A stretch of 64,000 bases of DNA, from NCBI GenBank assembly GCA_951406725.2, contig OX597818.1, positions 106,578,001 to 106,642,000 of the forward strand, in the 5' to 3' direction. The notes under the pieces were generated by a model, which saw nothing but the letters and a program-made list of their open reading frames with translations, was not told the origin of the DNA and ran no database searches. The translations under genes and the position numbers were made by a program. This document shows positions 55,907-64,000 of this stretch, piece by piece (the stretch's first letter is position 1; every line of letters starts with the position of its first letter). The DNA comes from Octopus vulgaris (Eukaryota).

Positions 55907-56357
55907 TACATATATATACATATATATACATATATATACATATATATACATATATATATACATATATATACATATATACATATATATACATATATATACA
56001 TATATATATACATATATATACATATATATACATATATATATACATATATATACATATATATATACATATATATACATATATATATACATATATATACATA
56101 TATATATACATATATATACATATATATACATATATATACATATATATATACATATATATATACATATATATATACATATATATATACATATATATACATA
56201 TATATATACATATATACATATATATATATATACATATATATACATATATATACATATATACATATATATACATATATATACATATATACATATATATACA
56301 TATATATACATATATACATATATATATATACATATATATACATATATATATATATAC

Positions 56358-56398
<41 letters not shown>

Positions 56399-56589
56399 TA
56401 CATATATATATACATATATATACATATATATATATACATATATATACATATATATATATACATATATATACATATATATATATACATATATATACATATA
56501 CATATATATACATATATATATATACATATATATATACATATATATATATACATATATATATATACATATATATACATATATATATATAC

Positions 56590-56620
<31 letters not shown>

Positions 56621-56733
56621 CATATATATATACATATATATACATATATATATATACATATATATATACATATATATATATATATACATATATATACATA
56701 TATATACATATATATACATATATATACATATAT

Positions 56734-56781
<48 letters not shown>

Positions 56782-56835
56782 TACATATATATACATATAT
56801 ATATATATACACATATACACATATACACATATATG

Positions 56836-56871
<36 letters not shown>

Positions 56872-57333
56872 TGTATATATATGTATATATATGTATATAT
56901 ATGTATATATATGTATATATATGTATATATATGTATATATATGTATATATATATGTATATATATGTATATATATATGTATATATATGTATATATATGTAT
57001 ATATATATGTATGTATATATATATATATATATATGTATATACATATATATACATATACATATATATACATATACATATATATACATATATATACATATAC
57101 ATATATATACATATATATACATATACATATATATACATATATATACATATATATATATACATATATATACACATATATATACATATATGTATATACATAT
57201 ATATACAAATATATATACATATATATACACATATATATACATATATATATATACACATATATATACATATATATATACACATATATATATACATATATAT
57301 ATATACACATATATATATACATATATATATATA

Positions 57334-57375
<42 letters not shown>

Positions 57376-57613
57376 CATATATATACATATATATATACAC
57401 ATATATATACATACACATATATATATACACATATATATACATATATATATATACACATATATATACATATATATACATATATATATACATATATATATAC
57501 ATATATATATACATATATATATACATATATATATACATATATATATACATATATACATATATATACATATATACATATATATACATATATATACATATAT
57601 ATATATATATATA
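55205..57613. repeat. 2.4-kb TA/TACA microsatellite
   Basis: Direct observation. Confidence 0.95.
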
Positions 57614-57614
57614 C

Positions 57615-58026
57615 GAGTGGCTGTGTGGTAAGTAGCTTGCTTACCAACCACATGGTTCCGGGTTCAGTCCCACTGCGTGGCACCTTGGGCAAGTGTCTTC
57701 TACTATAGCCCCGGGCCGACCAAAGCCTTGTGAGTGGATTTGGTAGACTGAAACTGAAAGAAGCCCGTCGTATATATGTATATATATATATGTGTGCATT
57801 CATATTTGTGTGTCTGTGTTTGTCCCCCTAGCATTGTTTGACAACCGATGCTGGTGTGTTTATGTCCCCGTTACTTAGCGGTTCGACAAAAGAGACCCAT
57901 AGAATAAGTACTGGGCTTACAAAAAGAATAAGTCCCGGGGTCGAGTTGCTCGATTAAAAAAGGCGGTGCTCCAGCATGGCCGCAGTAAAAATGACTGAAA
58001 GAAGGAAAAAGAAAAAGAAAGAAAGA
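57615..58026 (+). mobile_element. CORE-like SINE
   Basis: Same family as 50127, with ccttgggcaagt intact. Confidence 0.9.
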
Positions 58027-58027
58027 A

Positions 58028-59380
<1,353 letters not shown>

Positions 59381-60439
59381 TTCATACATATATTTCATCT
59401 GTATGTTATAGCGATATTAATATAGAATGATAGATATACATTAATGCAACTATTTATCTATGCATATGACATTATATACATTTGTATACACATTTATATA
59501 TACATATATTTACAAATATCCCTATGCATACTCATATTCAAATTTTACAGGTATATATATATGTACGTATAAATATAATTATGTGTACATTATATGCATA
59601 TGTGTGTGTTTGTGTGCGAGAGTGTATGTATATATGCATGTACGTACATATACATGTATGAGTGTGTATATATATATAACAGAATATATTCAAATATGTG
59701 CATTAATCCTGGAAAAAACTCATGTAGATTATTATTATCCATGCATATATATATATATGTATACTTATATATACTCACTCATATTTGTGGGAAAATGCAT
59801 GCACCTAGACAAGTCTGTTTAAGCTGTTTATGTATATAAATAATGATTTACATATACATGCAAATATGCATATTTGAGGTATTCTATAATTCCACCCCAC
59901 ACATAAGGTCTGTGTATACTTATATGCATAGATATTATATGTTGATGTATATATCTCTATAGATATCTATATGCATATATATGTATATATATATATATAT
60001 GCATACACATTATATACATACATATATACATGCACATATATATACACATACATATATATATATACATAAATATATACATATATATATGCATATACATATA
60101 TATACACACATATATACACATATATATACATATATACATATACACACACAAATATATACATATATATACACATACATATACACAAAATATATACATATAT
60201 ATATATACATATATACACACATATATATATACATATATTTACTTATGTATGTATACTTGTATATTGTGTATATATGTGTACACATAGGCATGCATATGTA
60301 CATAACACATAAACATACACACACTCATATATATATATATATATTCCTTTATATATAGATGTTTATGTAGATATATAAATATACATATACATATATATAA
60401 ATAAGTATATACATATGTCTATACAAATATATTAATATT

Positions 60440-60475
<36 letters not shown>

Positions 60476-60951
60476 ATACATGTATATGTATACACACGTA
60501 CATACACCAGCGCTCTCGCACACATGCTCGCGCGCGCGCGCACACGCACGCACGTAAAAATGAATGCATCATGCACGGAAGAAATAATTTCTCTTTACAT
60601 AGAGAGAAACTCTCAGACACGTTGAAAGATGGACACACACAAAAGGGATACACACAGATAGGTACGTGTGTGTGTGCTAAGCATTGCCGATACCTTCATG
60701 TGGCTGTTATGCATTCGTATATATTCATATATTCCCATATATATATATATATATATATGCATACTGAAAGTGGTAGACATGCATACATGTACGTATGTAT
60801 GTATATACATACGTATAATACACAGGTATTCATCACTGCACCTACAAGGTGTGTGTGTGTTTATATTCCTTTGTCCGTGTATATGAACCTATACTTATCG
60901 ACTCCTACTTGTGTATATATGTGTTGTCTATACATACATAGACATATATAC

Positions 60952-60982
<31 letters not shown>

Positions 60983-61128
60983 CATACCTACATTCATACA
61001 TACATATACATACCTACATACATTCATACATACACATACATACCTACAGGTAAATATATAGATTCTTTAATTTTCATATGTAAGCAGATACGTATATGCA
61101 TACGTCGATGTACGTCTCTCTCTCTCTC

Positions 61129-61182
<54 letters not shown>

Positions 61183-62270
61183 TATATATATATGTAGTTA
61201 TATGCTTGTGTGTATGTATGTACTTATATAGAGAGAATGAGTGCGCAGGAGTTACATAATTGTGCAACTTTGCATGTGTGAGGGGATGAGTGCGTTTTCA
61301 CTCACTCACACACACACATATGTATGTATGTGTATATATATATGCATATTTATATGCATGCATGTATGTATGTGTACATGTATATACACCAACCGTATTA
61401 TTCGTATTCATACAGATCTGACATGCCTTTCTCTGTCACAGATATGTTTCTCACAATATATAAACCAGCAAATTGATATTTCCTTGTCACAATGAAACTA
61501 TAATGCTCTGCTGTCGTTATTCAGTTTCTTTCTTGATTTCCCTCCTGAGTTCAAATCCCGCCGACGTCAGCTCTATATTTTATTCCTCTTCTTGGGGTAA
61601 ATAAAGTACCAGTGATATTATGGGGATCAATTGTCTACCCTCACCCCTTAGGTATCAGTCATATTTATGCGTGTTTATGTTTGTGCATGTGTACGTATGT
61701 ATGAATCTGTTTGTGTGGATGTGCACGCGCGCGGTCATGTACAGATGCTGTTCGTAAGTATGTATACATACATGCATTTTATGTACACATACATGCATTT
61801 ATACATATGCACATGCATGTATAGACTTATATATGCATATATACGTACGCGCATGCTTATATACTTACAAACATGAATACACACACACATTATGATAGAT
61901 AGGTAGGTAGGTAGGTAAGGATGGAGGTAGACATGAAAAAGTGGTGTAAGCTGATATGGTGAGTGATACGAGTTCTAGTGATGGGTTTTATGTAGCGACA
62001 ACGATGTTACTGATAGCGGCGGCGGTGGTGGTGGTGAGCATGATGGTGATCATGATGATGATGATGATGACGATGATGATGATGATAACAGGTTTGAAGT
62101 TACTGATTGCATCGTGTTTATCTTTAGTTGTTTGCATAGTTAGTTGTTGTTGTTATTGTAGATGTAGTGTCGTTGATTATTATTATTATTATTATTGTTG
62201 TTGTCGTTGTCGTTGTTGTTGTTGTGGTTAGTGTTGTTATTATTGTTGTTGTGAAAGAAACTGCACTTAC

Positions 62271-62391
62271 TTGTAATGTTACTCCACATAAGCTCGTCAT
62301 CCTGAGCGGAAGTTGCAGCGAGGAGAGAAAGCAACATGACAGCTAGCACCAGGAAAAGTAAATCCATGGAAGGGAGACTCCCTGCAAGCAT
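62271..62391 (-). CDS. Putative first coding exon of a secreted or membrane protein (signal peptide)
   Basis: MLAGSLPS-MDLLFLVLAVMLLSLLAATSA-QDDELMWSNIT has a hydrophobic core, a small-residue T-S-A cleavage site and an NIT sequon. It is followed by a phase-1 consensus donor A|GTAAGT (62270-62265). The alternative ATG at 62367 has +4 G. Confidence 0.6.
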
Positions 62392-62484
62392 GAAAGAACA
62401 TTGGCAAGTTCAGCACCGACAATAAAACAAGCTGCTGCCGTCAACATGTGATGTCGCCTTGATAATAGCCTACTGCCGAGTAAT

Positions 62485-62519
62485 TGACATGCATATATGT
62501 CAGCTGATTGGCCAATCAG
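62485..62519. promoter_or_regulatory. Candidate promoter element: palindromic double CCAAT box, E-box and inverted TGACA pair
   Basis: CTGATTGGCCAATCAG (62504-62519), CAGCTG (62501-62506) and TGACAT-N6-ATGTCA (62485-62502), about 100-130 bp upstream of the ATG. Confidence 0.5.
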
Positions 62520-62599
62520 AGCGCGCCTTTTAATTGCTCATCATCCTTCTTACCAGAGTCAGCTGCGCAATCGACGGAGGAAAGCGAACACGGCGACAG

Positions 62600-63730
62600 G
62601 GGCGACGGAGGAGGAGGAGGAGCAGGAGCGGGAGGGGGAGGAGGAGGAGGAGGTGAGGCAGCTTTGTTGTTGGTGGTGTTGATGATGATGATGATGCTTG
62701 TGATGCTGGTGGTAATAGTGGCAGTTATTTAGTTTAGTATTGATGGTGATGCTGATGATAGTAGGGGGTAGCGGCAGTAGTAGTGGTGGCTGTGGTGGTG
62801 GTGGTGGTGCTGATGATGCTGCTTGTGATGCTGGTGGTAATAGTGGCAGTTATTTAGTATTGATGGTGATGCTGGTGATGCTGGTGATGATGTGAGTGGC
62901 GACGGAGGAGGGGTGGGTGGTTGAGGCTTTGTTGGTGTTGATGATGCTTGTGATGCTGGTGGTAATAGTGGCAGTTATTAGTAATGATTGTGATGGTGGT
63001 GATGATGATGATGCTGAGGATAGTAGGGGTAGCGGCAGTAGTGGCTGTGGTGGTGGTGGTGGTGATATATTGCGAGTTGTGGTGGTCGTAGTATAAAGTT
63101 CATGGAGGTAATACGTCGTCAATGATGATGGGGGGGGGGGTGTATGTTGTGGTTGTTGTTGTTAAGGGTGGTGGTGGCGGTGGTGGTGCGTTTGTGTTGT
63201 TAATGGTGGTAGCGATAATGATGATGGTGACGGTGGTGGTGGTGGTGTTGCTGCTGCTGCTAGTTGAAGTAGTGGTGGTGAGAGGAATAATAGCGGTGGT
63301 GGTGGTGGTGGTGGAGAGTACTAATTATAATGTTAGCGATGATGATGATGATGATGATGGACGCACGTAGTGGTGACGACGGTGATGACGATGGTCAAAG
63401 CACTGACAAAGGTTGATGATGACGACGACGATGATGATGATGATGATGATGATGACAGTGGTAGTAACGTGGTATAATGACAGTGTTGACACTAACAACA
63501 GCAGCAATAACTATGATGATGATGGTGATGATTGTTGTTATTGTTACTGAGATGGTTAATGGTGCTGCTGCTGCTGCTGATGGTGTTGGTCACAATGGTG
63601 TTGACAATGGTGATTGTGATGAGCAAAAATAAAGATGGTGATGACGACGGGGGTGGGCGTGGTAGTTGAGGTGGAAGTAGTAGTAGTAGTTGTTGTTGTT
63701 GTTGTTGTTGTTGTAGTTGTAGTAGTAAGT
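62600..63730. repeat. GGT/GAT/GTT trinucleotide low-complexity tract with internal duplications
   Basis: gatgcttgtgatgctggtggtaatagtggcagttatt occurs three times (about 62693, 62820, 62943). Confidence 0.85.
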
Positions 63731-63827
63731 AAATTCAACGTGCACGCACTCGTAAGTGGAAGGGGTGGGGTGGGGGTGGAGGTGGCTGCAGTGAGGAGGA
63801 AAAGAAAGACGGAAAGTGAGAAATATT

Positions 63828-64000
63828 GAGAGAGTGGTCGAGAGGGAGAGAGAGTGAGGGAGAGAGTTACTGAGAGAGGAGAGAGAGAGAGAGAGTTACT
63901 GAGAGAGAGAATTGTTGAGAGAGGGAGAGAGAGAGAAAGAGAATTGTTGAGGGGGAGAGAGAGACAGAGAATTGTTGAGAGAGAGAGAGAGAGAAAGAGA
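63828..64000. repeat. (GA)n compound repeat
   Basis: GA array with recurring gttact and gaattgtt interruptions. Confidence 0.9.

Noticed and set aside
62497-63829. Poly-V/G/M/T/D ORFs
   Set aside because: Trinucleotide-repeat translations.

Overview
AT-rich eukaryotic DNA dominated by (TA)n/(TACA)n/(CA)n microsatellites and short interspersed repeats. The repeat repertoire suggests a coleoid cephalopod, probably Octopus (inference). Almost all ORF-track entries are microsatellite artefacts. The only credible host-gene signal is a minus-strand, signal-peptide-encoding exon at 62271-62391 with a GTAAGT donor and a palindromic double-CCAAT element upstream, so most of the window may be one very large intron. 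Mobile DNA includes a near-complete mariner, a hAT relic with nested MITEs, a Penelope-like RT relic, CR1-type and RTE-type LINE 3' fragments, and several tRNA-derived SINE families. The main finding is about 10 minimal type-I hammerhead-ribozyme-like motifs, plus half-motifs, from at least five short-repeat families. Their stems differ in sequence but still pair, stem III is palindromic, and several sit in head-to-head inverted duplications. One motif lies in the 3' part of a tRNA-promoter-headed SINE-like element. All calls were made by eye; none were checked computationally.
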